NCBI GenBank assembly: GCA_964016885.1 | Contig: OZ024747.1 | Location: 38,750,001-38,814,000, forward strand | Length of the DNA stretch: 64,000 bases | Source: Eledone cirrhosa | Lineage: Eukaryota | Reading direction: 5' to 3' | Part shown: piece by piece, positions 13,656-25,899 of the stretch | Numbering within the stretch: the stretch's first letter is position 1 | Layout: each line of letters starts with the position of its first letter | The notes under the pieces: model-generated | What the model saw: the letters and a program-made list of their open reading frames with translations, nothing else | What the model was told of the DNA's origin: nothing | Database searches by the model: none | Position numbers and translations under genes: made by a program

Positions 13656-16600
13656 TTACAGATATATACTCAGAGTAGGCCCATTCACTCGGGCCATTCT
13701 TGCTTCTCTCACCCATCTTTCAACAACATGCTGGGAAGAGAGCACTTCCCTCTCTACTCTGATTTTCCTTTTCAAATGAAATTTGAAAAAGTCAATCAGA
13801 GCATCACCGAAGAGGTAAGTGCTCGTCTTCAGCCCTTTCAAACGTGTCCACCATACTATCTCTTTCGCCATGGCCACCAGACAGATAAAAACTGCCTGCC
13901 CTTCCCGGCTAAAGGAGGAGGGCGGGGCAATCCTCACGATGGACTCAGATGATAGCCGGATCCGTCCTAAACGCGACAGCAGGTGTTCGACATAAACCCA
14001 CAAGTCAGCAATTTTCGGACACTGGACGAGTGCGTGCAGGACGGTTTCGTGGCCCTGCGCGCATCTCGGACATGCCCGGCTGACGGCACCTCCATGCCTG
14101 TAGAGTTTATCCCGAACTGGCAAGGCTCCTCGGTAGCACTGCCAGGCCAGAGATTTCTGGAAGTTGTCCATAGGCCCCGGCCCGAAAGTTCTTCCGAAGA
14201 GATTGGCTAGTTGATTTTCGTCGACGCCTAGAGTTTCCCCAAGTACGTCGTCGCTCTTACCCTCCACTAATCCTCTATAGAACGCCGAGGTGGAGTTTCC
14301 ACCGATCACATTGCCCGATTGGTCGAGGGCTGTGAGCGCCTGAAGACATTCCAGTCTCCAGGCGCTCCCTCTCGGTCTTCGCTTGACCCAGGACTGCAGC
14401 TCCGTCAAGGAAACGAGCTGGGGAAATACGCGCCTAGCAAACGGCGACCACACCTGATCACCGTCGAGGAAGAGGTGGAGATGTCGTAGCCTGAGCGCGT
14501 GTCTGCGCATCATCAGCCACGGCATGCCCAGCCCTCCACGTAGCGGGTGTTGACAACAGATGGACCGCCTGACCATCGGCGCACGTCCCTTCCACAAAAA
14601 GCGAAAGAGCGAACGCTCCAGCGCAGTCAGGCGAGGCTTAGGACAAGGTACGACGGTCAGGCGGTAGCAGATGACAGACGCGATGTACGCGTTAGCCACC
14701 TCCGCTCGACCTTTCAGGGTTAGCTTCCTCTCCGCCCATTTCTGGGTGAGAGAAGCCACCCTTCTCGTCACCTCGTCCCAGTTTTTGTCCGTCTGGAGGT
14801 CCGGACCGAACCAGACCCCTAGCAATTTAACCGGTCCGTCCGTCCAGCGTCCTACGACGCTGTTGGACGGCATGGACCTGCCTCTCCAGGGGCCGAGCTG
14901 CAGGCCCACTGACTTTTCCTGGTTGATCATTGCTCCTGTCACCGCTTTGTATTCTCTTTGTGTAGTGCCGATCGCCTCGATGTGTTTGGCGTTCGACACC
15001 ACTACGGTGACATCGTCCGCATATGCTGACACGGATCTTCCGCATCCTAGTTCGCGCGGGACTCCCCTCAACGTCTCCAGTTTGTGCAGTAATGGCTCGA
15101 GAGTCAATACGTACAAGAGGGACGAGAGGGGACATCCTTGGCGGACCGAGCGCATGATGTTGAACGGTTCCGACAGGTGACCGTTCACTCTCACCACAGA
15201 GCAGATTTCGCTGTGCATGGCAGCGATCCAGCCTCTGAAGACGGGCCCAAAGCCAGCCGCCCTCAGGACTGCCGCTAGGTAACGATGGTCGACCCTATCG
15301 AATGCTTTCGACTGATCTAAATTGATCAAGGACCCACCCGTGCCAGGTTCCTTAGCTACCCTCTCTACGATGTATCACATGAGGTGGAGGTTATCGCGGA
15401 TGGATCTGTCGGGAATGGCGCATGTCTGCGCCTCTCCCACCAGACCACCAACGACAAGCGCTAACCTCTTTGCTAGCACCTTGGCCAAAATCTTGAACTC
15501 TGGGTTTAGCAGAGTTATGGGCCGGAAATTGTCTATGTTATCCCCCTTGTTCGGATCCTTTCTCAGCAGTGCCACCGCTCCTCGGCTCACAGAACTGGGA
15601 ATTCTCCCGTTCTGTTGCCAGTTGCAGTAGACGTCCGCCAAGAGGTCTCCGAACAAGTCTGGCATCTGTACGTAAAGTTCATAGGGCAGACCATCCAAAC
15701 CAGGCGATTTACCCCTTGTGCAGCCAGTCATTGCCTCCCTTACTTCAGCGGCTGTTATCGGCTTTTCGCAACACTTCGCCTCAGTGGCCGAGAGCCGCGG
15801 CAGTCCGTCGAGGTAGACACTAAAGTCCATCCCTCTACCCGGCCCACCGCTGCCCCCGAACAGCTGAGCGAAGTGTCGCTGAAAAGCTTCACACATTTGC
15901 CCGGGATCGAGTAGCATGCGCCCGTCGTGGTCCACCAAAGACCGGATCGTGGCTTTGTTGCCACGACGCGCCTCCGCCACTCGGGCCCATTGAACGGCTT
16001 TCGTCCCCTCGTGTCTGAGAGCACGCACCCTTGCTCTGACAACGCAGCCTTCGTGCTTTGCATTGAAGAATTGGTCAAGGGCCAATTTCGCCGCAAGCAC
16101 GTCGGTCGCAATGCCTTTGCTAAGCGCCTCGTCTAATTTTCTAACTAGTTCTCCCTCTGCTCTATTTTTCTCTATTGCTAAAGCCTTACTAAACCTAATC
16201 GATTCTATTCTAATCGCTCTTTTCAGAGCAAACCACCACTTGTTGTTGACGATGGCCCCCGTCAACGCCCGCTTAACTAGTTCGCTAATCCGGTCTCTGT
16301 AGGCCTTGCGCGCTGGTAAGGACGCGTTTAGCTTCCAGTAGCCGGGTCCTCGTCTATGAAGCCTATCTAAGTCAAGCACACAGATCACGAATTTGTGGTC
16401 CGTGTAGCTTACTATCTTGAATTGTGGACAGCCTATGCTAGACCTATCTATTTCCCTAGAAAATACTCTATCTAGATATGATCTAGATGACCCTATGCGG
16501 TTTGTCCAAGTCCACATTGGCACATTCTTGAAATCCAATCGGTACCCGTCAGACAGTTCAAAACGCCTGAGCAGGTTGGTGAGGCTCTTGCACCCTCCAC

Positions 16601-17075
16601 CCCTATCCGCTAATCCCACACAGTCCCAGCGTGCATCTAAGATCCCGTTCCAGTCGCCCACTAACACTAAAGAGCGGGACGTTCCAAGAAAGGTCTCCAG
16701 ACGCCGGAAGAAATCAGGCCGCCCTGCTCCTGTCGGGGCATAGACGGCCACTAGCCTGAAAGCTTGCCCGTCTCCGCTGGTCACGTCCAACACCACCAGC
16801 TTACCCTCTGGGTCCAGGAAGATGGCCCGTATGGCGAGATCCAAACCTCTCCGAAAAAGCACAGCAACTCCTCCACCGGATCCAGGACGGCTGGGAGATG
16901 CGTACACATCGTAGCCGCCGAAGATCGGTGCGAAGGCCCGTGCTTCGGAGATTCTGGTCTCGCTGATGGCCACTACATCTATGTTTAGTGACCTGAGGTC
17001 GTTGAGCAGGTGACCCTGCTTCCATGACGACCCCAAGCCACGCGCATTTATGCTGCCTATTCTGAGTGAGGTCAT
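13656..17075 (-). pseudogene. Tx1 ORF2 (APE-RT-CCHC, ~1139 aa) with a single premature TGA at 15375-15377
   Basis: ORFs 15375-17075 and 13656-15329 share a frame. Motifs: SINARGL, VYAP, GDWN, YLDRVF, TDH, KAFDRVDH, VRQGCPLS, AYADD, CPRC..H..C. Copy A has CGA at the stop position. Confidence 0.95.
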
Positions 17076-17110
17076 GTTTAAAATAGAGTGGAAAAGATGG
17101 GAAAGACCAC

Positions 17111-19243
17111 TTACCGTACTTTTGGTAGAGGAGGGATAGTTTTTACATCCCTTTTCACTTGATCGTCTGGTGAAGGGACCGTTGAATCGTCCCTTCGGCT
17201 GGTCGTCGGCTCTTCTAAGAGAATGTCTGAGTATACTCTTCGGTTGATGGTTCCTCCTAGGTCCCTGAAATCACCAACTGCGTTGGGGAATTTCGTTTTA
17301 ATGTTTGTGTATTGTTTCTGTGCTATTTTTAGCAGTCTTATGTTAGTTGGCGTTTTGATTGGTGCTGGTATTATGTAGTCCTGTTGTGAAATGTCCGTGT
17401 GTTCAATTATGTAAGTCATTAGTTTCTTGTTGTGTGTATTTATTGCCGTGCATTTGTTTTTCTGGGGGTGGGGTGTGGTTCTGCTATTTTCTTGTCGTTG
17501 TTGCTGAGTGTGTGTGTTTTGTTGTTGTGTTTGCGATGTTGGTGCTTGTGGTGGTGGTGTTGAAGGTGTTGTTGGCGGTGGGGTTGTCGCCGGTGGTGAT
17601 GGTGGTGCTAGTGTGGGTGGTGATGGTGTTGGTGTTGTTGCTGCTGTGGGTCTCTTTGCAGTAGACTTTACCCTTTTCTCATTTCTTTCCTCCCTTTTCA
17701 AAGGCGACGATGCGCTGCTTCTGCGTTTGTGCCTTCTTACGACCTTTTGCCATCCCTCTCCCACCTCACACTCCATGTCTGATTCTGTGAGGTCGGGGAG
17801 GGGTACCAGCTCCACTCTTTCACTTGTTGTTGTTGGTGATGTTTGCACTGGAGTCTCTGTTGCAGCTGCATTTGGTATTGCTGTTGTTGTTGTTAATATT
17901 TCCACTGCTGCTGCTGTTTTTGATTTCCGTGGAGTGGGTATGGGTGCCACGGGCCTATCGTTCCTGGTTGCCGCTTGTCTTGTTGCTGGTAGCCGTGGAG
18001 CCGGATTCGGAAGGAGGGGGGTTTTCTCCTTTCTCAGGGTCTTCTCGTTGCAGAAGGCCCTGAGGTGAGTCTTCGATCCACAGCGAAAGCATTTCGGGCG
18101 TTTGCCCTCAACACTTATGGGCCGTTGAGTGCCGTTATCGAAGTCTATCACATCCGGGATAGCTTCGATGCACTCCTGGTTGGTTTGGATTAGCATCTCA
18201 ATGGAGGAGCCGACCCAATCTTCTCTTACTTTTTTCTGTACTTGCAGTACAGTTGTTTTGTCCTCGATTCCGACGAGGACAGACGCGGCCAGCCAAGAAG
18301 GGGTCATTCCGGGGGGGACGTGGGTCAGTTTGACCCTCACAATTTTTTGCCCGCAGTAGGAGGGCACCAACACCATTTCCTCGCTCCTTAGGGTCACTAC
18401 TGATTGGGCCTTTGCCTCCTGGGGTGTGGCAAAAAGTACGTCTACGGTGGCATATTTTTTGCCTCGGGTGATGTGCGTTTTCCGCTGCCACACAGACCCC
18501 AAGGCTTTTTGTATTTGGGCCTCTGTGGCTCTTTCCACCCTACGGGATTTTGTACTTACTGTACGGTACGTGACCGTACAGTGCTCTTGGGTTTCGAAAA
18601 ATTTTTCCGCTGCCTTGCAGATTGCTCGGTGTCCGTTCTTTGTCACCATCTTCTTCGCTTCCTCTAATTCCTCATTTGTTATGAGGATTGTTTCCAAGTT
18701 TTTCGCAATACCTGCAAATGAGATTGGTTTTTCTCTGCTGTTGTTGTTGTCGTCAGAGCTGCTGGTACTTTTTTTGTTGCTGCAGGTACTACGACTACTG
18801 CCTCCGCCGCTGTTGCTGTGGTTGTTGTTGGTGTTGCTGCTGCTAATGCTGTTGTTGTTTATGCTGCTGGTGATGCTGTTGCGGCTGCTACTGTTGTTTT
18901 CATTGTCACTGTTGCTGTTGTTATTACGGCTGCTACTGCTATTATTCCTGACGTCAGACGAATGAACTGGGTTTTCGTATTTCCCGCACACCTGATTCGT
19001 CGCTGTCGTCGTCGTCGTGGAGAAACCTTGCACGCTTTGCACGAGACTTTTCTTTTCTTTCGTCACTTGCGATAGAGAAGGGAGGGAGAGAGACACATTT
19101 AAAGAAGGGAGGGAGAGAGACAATTTTCTCTCTGCTGTAGTGATGATTGAGGAAGAAGAAGACGGAATGAGTGGAAGTGACGTATGCAATTTATTTTTCG
19201 TAGCCATGTTGTTTTTTTGTTTAAAATGAAATTTTGGGTACAA
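17111..19243 (-). CDS. Tx1 ORF1 protein with CCHC zinc knuckle (710 aa)
   Basis: Uninterrupted ORF with CFRCGSKTHLRAFC knuckle, Ser/Asn-rich N-terminus and Pro/Thr-rich C-terminus, lying directly upstream of ORF2. Confidence 0.88.
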   Translation of the reverse strand: MYPKFHFKQKNNMATKNKLHTSLPLIPSSSSSIITTAERKLSLSLPSLNVSLSLPSLSQVTKEKKSLVQSVQGFSTTTTTATNQVCGKYENPVHSSDVRNNSSSSRNNNSNSDNENNSSSRNSITSSINNNSISSSNTNNNHSNSGGGSSRSTCSNKKSTSSSDDNNNSREKPISFAGIAKNLETILITNEELEEAKKMVTKNGHRAICKAAEKFFETQEHCTVTYRTVSTKSRRVERATEAQIQKALGSVWQRKTHITRGKKYATVDVLFATPQEAKAQSVVTLRSEEMVLVPSYCGQKIVRVKLTHVPPGMTPSWLAASVLVGIEDKTTVLQVQKKVREDWVGSSIEMLIQTNQECIEAIPDVIDFDNGTQRPISVEGKRPKCFRCGSKTHLRAFCNEKTLRKEKTPLLPNPAPRLPATRQAATRNDRPVAPIPTPRKSKTAAAVEILTTTTAIPNAAATETPVQTSPTTTSERVELVPLPDLTESDMECEVGEGWQKVVRRHKRRSSASSPLKREERNEKRVKSTAKRPTAATTPTPSPPTLAPPSPPATTPPPTTPSTPPPQAPTSQTQQQNTHTQQQRQENSRTTPHPQKNKCTAINTHNKKLMTYIIEHTDISQQDYIIPAPIKTPTNIRLLKIAQKQYTNIKTKFPNAVGDFRDLGGTINRRVYSDILLEEPTTSRRDDSTVPSPDDQVKRDVKTIPPLPKVR

Positions 19244-19443
19244 AACCCCAATAACTGGTTATTTAACCCCGAAGGGCCAAATAACGGACAGAAAGACCCC
19301 TCTCACGAGGAGGAGGGTGTCTTTATCAACAATTTGGTTCAAGTTTTAAACAATTTACAATTGTTTTAACGGTTAAAAATTACTATACCTTACAGAGCCG
19401 AGCCTCCGTCAACCATGGCATTCAATAATAATAATAATAATAA

Positions 19444-22400
19444 GCACAAAGTCAGCGAAGGGAAAATGAAACATGTGTCAGTGAAAACGAGGTAAACTGT
19501 AACACTTCGAATCCCAGGGTTGGGGCGGAATCACTGGCAACAGAACAAATTAAAGAAAGGATCGAAAAAGTGAAGGGAGTGGATGCTCAGGATGAAACTC
19601 CAAATGAAAGTAATGAGATCGTAAATGATAAAGAAATGAATGAGAATGAACTTGCCAACTTGAAGAATGAAATTATGATCGAATGGATGAAAATGAAAGA
19701 ATCTGACATGGGGCAACGAGACACCATCCCTAAGATCCAGAACTCCAAACAGAACCAAAAGATAATACACAAGACTAACATAATTCTCAAAAACATTATC
19801 ATCACAAACAAACTAAACATTACTGATTTAAATCATCTCTATTATGCATCGGCTAAAGTCACCACTCACTTATGTGGAGTGAAGATGAAAAAACAAAGGA
19901 ATTCCCACAAGAAATCTACTTGGCAAGAGAACATCAATCGCCAAATAAACCTTCTCCGATCTGACATAGAAATTTTAACAAACTATAAAGTAGGTGAACA
20001 TGTTAAACAAACTAAACTTAGAAAATTGAAAAAAAAGTACAGTATAAAATCAACATGTGACATAGACATGCTGATAGAAATAATCAAGCAAAAAGTGTCG
20101 GCCAAAGCTGCTCGTATAAGGCGCTTTGAAAAACGATCTAGATTCTATAAGGACAATAATATGTTCAAAAACAACCAAAGAAACTTCTACAGAAAAATTG
20201 GTAAGTCAACAATAACTGCTAAATCAATACCACCCAAGGAGGAAGTGCAAGAATTCTGGGAAAAAATCTGGGCCGAAGAAAAAGTTCATAACATACATGC
20301 CCCATGGATAGACAGACAAATGAAAGATACAGCTCACCTTGAGGAACAAACATGGGAAAATATAACAGTTGAACAGTTGCGCTTGGCTCTAAGAAAAACC
20401 AGCAAATGGAAATCCCCAGGAAAAGACAAAATACAAAACTTTTGGATAAATGCCTTCATAGAGTCTCATGAGCTGTTAGCCCAACTTTACAATGAAATAG
20501 TTAAGGAGCCAGAAAAGATACCATCATGGCTAGTTAACGGCATTACATTCCTGCTTCCGAAGAATGATGAGACAAACAATCCCAAAAATTACAGACCGAT
20601 AACTTGCTTGACCACAATGTATAAAATGTTAACATCAGTCCTAACTGAATACACATATGACCACCTGATAACAAATGACCTATTTCCCATTGAGCAGAAA
20701 GGGTGTAAACGAGGCTCATATGGCTGTAAGGATCAGCTTCTGGTTAACAAAATGATACTGGAATATTGTCATAATAGACACAAAAATCTATCGATTGCTT
20801 GGATAGATTATAAAAAAGCATTTGATAGTTTGCCACACAGTTGGATTGAAAAATGTTTAGAGATTTTCAAAATATCCCCCGTTGTCAGGAGGTTTTTGTC
20901 ATTCAGTATGAAGACATGGAAAATGACACTCCTTTTGAATAGTGAAACAAAATCACTGGAAGCTGGAGAAGTTAATATTAATTGTGGAATTTTTCAGGGT
21001 GACTCTTTATCACCGCTTTTATTCTGCATCGCACTTATACCATTAAGTAAAATGCTCAATGAAACAAAACATGGATATAAAGTCTATGACAAAACCATTA
21101 ATCACTTGTTCTACATGAAACTATTTGCAAAAAATGATGAACAATTGCAAGGGCTATTATCCACTGGGAAGCAGTTCAGTGATGACATTAACATGGAGTT
21201 TGGACTAGATAAATGCGCCAAAGCAACGTTCACCAGAGGAAAGCTGCTGAAGAGTTCAGACATTAATCTTGATCGGGGGAACGTGATAAGAGAACTTGAT
21301 CAAGAAAAAACTTACAAATATCTAGGTGTTTGTGAAAGAGACGGAATCAAGCACTCGACAATTAGGGAAAGGAAGGAATGTTACCGCAGAGTAAGAGCAA
21401 TCTTAAGAACGGAATTGAATGCAAGGAATAGGATCGATGCCATAAACACGCTTGCCATACCAGTAGTAACCCACAGTTACAATGTCATCAACTGGTCAAG
21501 CACAGAGATCCGTAGGCTCGATACAAAAATTCGAAAATTCTTAACCATGCACAGAATGCATCACCCTAAGGCAGATATAGATAGAATATATCTCCCTAGG
21601 AAAGAAGGAGGACGTGGGTTAGTCCAGTTAGACATTGCGTTGAAAACTGCAACAATTGGATTATCTACATATCTAAGGGAATCACATGATTGGATGATCA
21701 AACTCGTTTTGAAACACGAAAGCATCAAAAGATCATATTCCATTACAAAAGATGCACAAAGATACAGTAATGGACTACAAATTTCAGAAGTCCCATTTAC
21801 TGCTGAAATGGAAAACACAGAAAAAGCAAAGCAGGTAAAAGTAACTACAAAGAAAGAACTGCTACAGAAACTGGCTAAGAAATGGCAAGAAAAGCCTCTG
21901 TATGGAAAATACCCAGAGCGAGCTAACAATCCTGATGTTGACAAAACTTTAACCCATCAGTGGTTGGCATCCTCTGGACTGAAATCGGAGACTGAAGGAC
22001 TGATTATATCGGCACAAGATCAGTGTCTGCCAACATAAAATTACCATGCCAACATAATAAAAAATGGGTGCAGCCCATTATGCCGTGTATGCAAAAAACA
22101 ACCAGAGACCATTGACCATATAATTTCAATGTGCAGTCCTATAGCTCCAACCGAATACCTAAACAGGCATGACAGAGCTGCACAATACATACATTGGATA
22201 ATGTGTAAGCATTTTGACCTGCCCCATCAAAAGAATTGGTGGGAGCTTCAACCACCTCCCATACTTGAAAAAGATCACATCTCAATCTTGTGGAACTTTA
22301 GCATCCAAACAGACCGAAAAATAGATGCAAACAGACCTGATATAATATTGAAAGACTTTCAAAAGAGGGTATGCCTGCTAATTGATATGTCTGTTCCAAT

Positions 22401-22792
22401 AGACAAGAATGTCTCTATAAAAACATTTGAAAAATTGAGCAAGTATAAGGACCTGGAGATAGAAATTGGAAAAATGTGGAAATTGAGAACTAAAACAATA
22501 CCAGTCGTTGTAGGCGCTCTGGGAATGATACCTAAGGGGTCAAATGATTACTTATCGCAAATCCCAGGAAACCCGCGTATAGGAGAAATACAAAAGATAG
22601 TACTAATGGGAACTGCCTATATACTAAGGAAGATTCTGTCAATATAAGTACATCACAAGTCTAAACACTAAAGATGCATGTGTGAATATGTATGTTCTTT
22701 CTTGAACATGGCGGACCTTGTTGTCTCTTGAGGTCACTGGTTGTGACTTGGTGATAACTCGTATGAACATAAAGCAAGATAAATGCAACTGT
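19444..22792 (+). mobile_element. R4/Dong-clade non-LTR retrotransposon, 5'-truncated, second subfamily
   Basis: ORF 19570-22038 continues in frame past one TAA to 22647. Motifs: KSPGKD, NYRPITCL, DYKKAFDS, GIFQGDSLSP, RKEGGRGL, CRVC..H..C, RPDII..IDMSVP..EKLSKY. Ends in (TAA)n at ~22792. Confidence 0.93.
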
Positions 22793-24009
22793 AATAATAA
22801 TAACAACGGAAGTGGCGCACGTGGTGGATAGAGTGTTATGGAATCGCTCCCGTAAGCTTTTGATTTTTCACATATTTAAAACAATTATGATATAACAATT
22901 CTTAGTACAAATGGGACATAAGGCGCCAGTCATTTACTATCAGGAAATGAGACACATACCACCCTGGCATATGGCTCAAATATACAATTTTGTATTAGAA
23001 ATGTCATATTAAAAAAAAAATGGTTATAAATGGAAAAAACCCCTCTGTCTACACTAAATAGAAATTTCACCACGACCACCACCAATCCCAGCATAATAAT
23101 AATCTAAACTATAATAAAGGAAGTTACGGTTTATTTTTTTTTATCCCGTTTGTAAAATAAGTTGGAGTACTTTGAATAAATAATGAATGAATATAACATA
23201 ATTTATCTACTAAATTTCGTGGTTGTTCATTAAATATATTTTGTTTATTTAAAGATTCACCTCTATAACATTTTTGAAATGTCAACACTTCCGGTGGCGA
23301 TCGCTTAACTAAACATACTAATTTTCCATCACTTATTTTCTCCTAATGCAGTTTATATATAATATCGTCTTTTTTAAATACATCATGGATTACGTTACTG
23401 ACTACATAAGTCTTCGTTCAATTTCTATGTATTATATATTATCAATTACGATGTTATTTCTTGTATCATATCTACATGTATATATACCTGCGTATAATAT
23501 CAATATACTCACTACACACGCTAGCAGAAAACCAGCCGAAGAGTGGTTTTTCTGCTAGTAATAATAATTATTATTATTTTATCTTAAGTTTTCTCAAAAT
23601 GTTTAATTCAAATACTAAGGAAATATGTCAATATATATATTAAACATAGGCGACAAACCCCCTAGTTATACAGATCAAACAAACGCATACAGTCTATTCA
23701 ACAGAATTCAGTAACGACAACACCATCACTATAGTACCACTATCCCATTAACACCGCCACCACTCCATCATTGCTACCACGATTATTCCCCCACTACCTT
23801 CTGTTGACTTAAGAAAAAGGAAGGTGTCGGTAACACTAGACAAGGGAGAGGCTAACAAAAAATATAAATAGACTGACTTAGTCACTCGGTCAAAAGTTAA
23901 CGACTATGGCACTGAAGTTCCCCACCAACAATAGAAAACGCCCCAGCACCACCGGCATAGCCATCAACAACAACAGAGGCAACTACAACAAAAAGTATAT
24001 TATATTATT

Positions 24010-24165
24010 AATAAGAATTTCTTTCTTAGCCATGCAGGGCTCACATTAAGGAACTACTCATGATAAAAACAATTTAAAAAACAAAAATAAACCCGTGACT
24101 AAGAAATACCGGGATGGCAGCCGGTGGGGAATAGCCGTGTCTCTAGGGGAGGACAAGCCCTTTCG
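24010..24165 (-). mobile_element. Probable Tx1 3'-UTR fragment (diverged subfamily)
   Basis: TAATAAGAATTTCTTTCTTAGCCATGCAGGGCTCACAT resembles the Tx1 terminus AATAATGTTTTCTTTATTAACCACAAGGGTTCACAT of copies A and B. Confidence 0.5.
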
Positions 24166-24169
24166 TCTT

Positions 24170-25345
24170 GGTTGACATTCGCCCTAGGAGTGGTAAGGAA
24201 TATGAACTTACCTACATCACCACCACTATTGGACTGGCCAAATACCTTGAAACAACAACAGACTGTCTGCTGAAACTTGTTGAAAAGCATGAGAGAATTA
24301 AGAAGCTTTATTCTATCTTGAAGGAGAGCAAAAAATATGCTACTGATCTCATGCTTGATCCCCAGGTTGGACAGACTAAGGAAACTGTTGCAATTGATGC
24401 TGCTAAGCACATAACATCAATGGCAAAAGCAACAGGGCAAGAGAAATTAGTATCAAAATGAGAGCAGAAACCTCTGGATGGCAAATATGTGGACAGTAGC
24501 AAACAAGCTGATGTTGACCAAAAGCACAGCCATCAGTGGCTACGTAGTTCAGGGTAAAAAGCAGAGAGCGAGGGCCTCATCTTAGCTGCCCAAGATCAAA
24601 GTTTACTGACACGGAATTACTAGGCCAATGTGATGAGAGATGGAATAAATCCAAAGTGCCGATTCTGCAATGCTGGGGTTGAAACAGTGGACCACGTAGT
24701 TTCGGGATGTAAAGTTTTAGCCCCGGTAAAGTACAAACGTAGACATGACAGATTGGCAAATATCTATACTAATATGTCGGCATAGTTACGTCCCTTTACG
24801 ATCTGAGTTCAAATCCCGCCGAGGTTGACTTTGCCATTCATCCTTACGGGGTCGATAAAATAAAGTACCAGTAATGCACTGGGTAATTGATAGCCTGGTG
24901 CCTAAATTAGAGGCAATTATAAAATCAAAGCTGCTGACAAGTGGTACAATCATCACCCTAAAGTTGTAAGTGAAGGGGAAAAAGTAACAATTCACTGTTA
25001 CTTCCTGTACATACTGACCGGACCATAAAAGCTAATAGACCAGATATCATTGTAAAAGACGAACATAGCAATGTCTGTTTCTTGATTGATATGAACATCC
25101 CATGTGATCACAATATCGCGGCAAAAGTATTTGACAAGAAAATATAAAGATCTGCTTAATGAAATCGAAAAAAAGTGGCACCTCAAGGCCGTTACAATAC
25201 CAGTGATTGTGGGAGGACTGGGAATGATCAAGAAAGGAACAGAACAATATTTGCGAATGATGCCTGGTTTACCCTCGCTTCAAGAGGTGCAAAACATTGT
25301 TTTGACTGGTACTGCACACGTATTGAGAAGAGCACTATCTCTGTG
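24170..25345 (+). mobile_element. R4/Dong 3' fragment (third subfamily), degenerate, interrupted by a SINE
   Basis: TTIGLAKYL, EGLILAAQDQSL, CRFC..ETVDHVVSGC, RPDIIV, IPVIVGGLGMI, VLTGTAHVLRRAL; homologous to the C-terminus of 19444-22792. Confidence 0.85.
24784..24917 (+). mobile_element. tRNA-derived SINE inserted into the Dong fragment
   Basis: B-box GAGTTCAAATCCC followed by CCGAGGTTGACTTTGCCATTCATCCTTACGGGGTCGATAAAATAAAGTACCAGT; it interrupts the LINE coding sequence. Confidence 0.8.
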
Positions 25346-25367
25346 GGAATGATACCCTCTTGTGTGG

Positions 25368-25426
<59 letters not shown>

Positions 25427-25899
25427 AGTAGAGCACTATCTCTGTAAGAATGATAAGCTGTACATTATATTTAATGTAGTGTGTTAACTGGCTTACCGAT
25501 GAATACAGTGAATTTATTTGACCCGGGTATAAGGAAGACACTCGGTATATATCAGAAACAATACCGAAGGAAAAGGAAAAAACAATAAAAATAATAATAA
25601 TAATTGTTTCTACTTTTGGCACAAGTGAGACCTTATAATATCTAGAAATTTAATGCAAATATTTAATCTTATGTTAAAAATGTCATATACAAAAAAGAAA
25701 ATCTTTACAAGTGGAAGAAAACCCCACTGCGTCCACTAACTTCAACAGCCAAATCACGGCAATACCACCACCGCCACCATCACCAGTAGTAATTATTAAT
25801 GTTGTATCTCTAAGATCTCTCAGAATATTTAGTCCAAATATTAAGGGAGGATGTCAACTTTTATATTAAATATAAGTAACAAGTTGAAAAGATACTGAA

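Larger units (their letters stand above)
13394..19423 (-). mobile_element. Tx1/L1-clade LINE, full-length, near-intact (copy B)
   Basis: Intact ORF1; ORF2 has one in-frame stop. (AAT)n on both flanks (13353-13393 and 19424-19443). Confidence 0.95.

Noticed and set aside
15375-15377. Programmed readthrough or selenocysteine at the Tx1 ORF2 TGA
   Set aside because: The paralogous copy has CGA (Arg); a simple CpG transition explains it.
4680-19075. Plus-strand ORFs overlapping the Tx1 elements
   Set aside because: Antisense shadows of GC-rich LINE coding sequence with no independent motifs.
23521-23558. Hairpin CTAGCAGAAAACCA/TGGTTTTTCTGCTAG with CCGAAGA in the loop
   Set aside because: No GAAA/stem III follows; an isolated short hairpin only.
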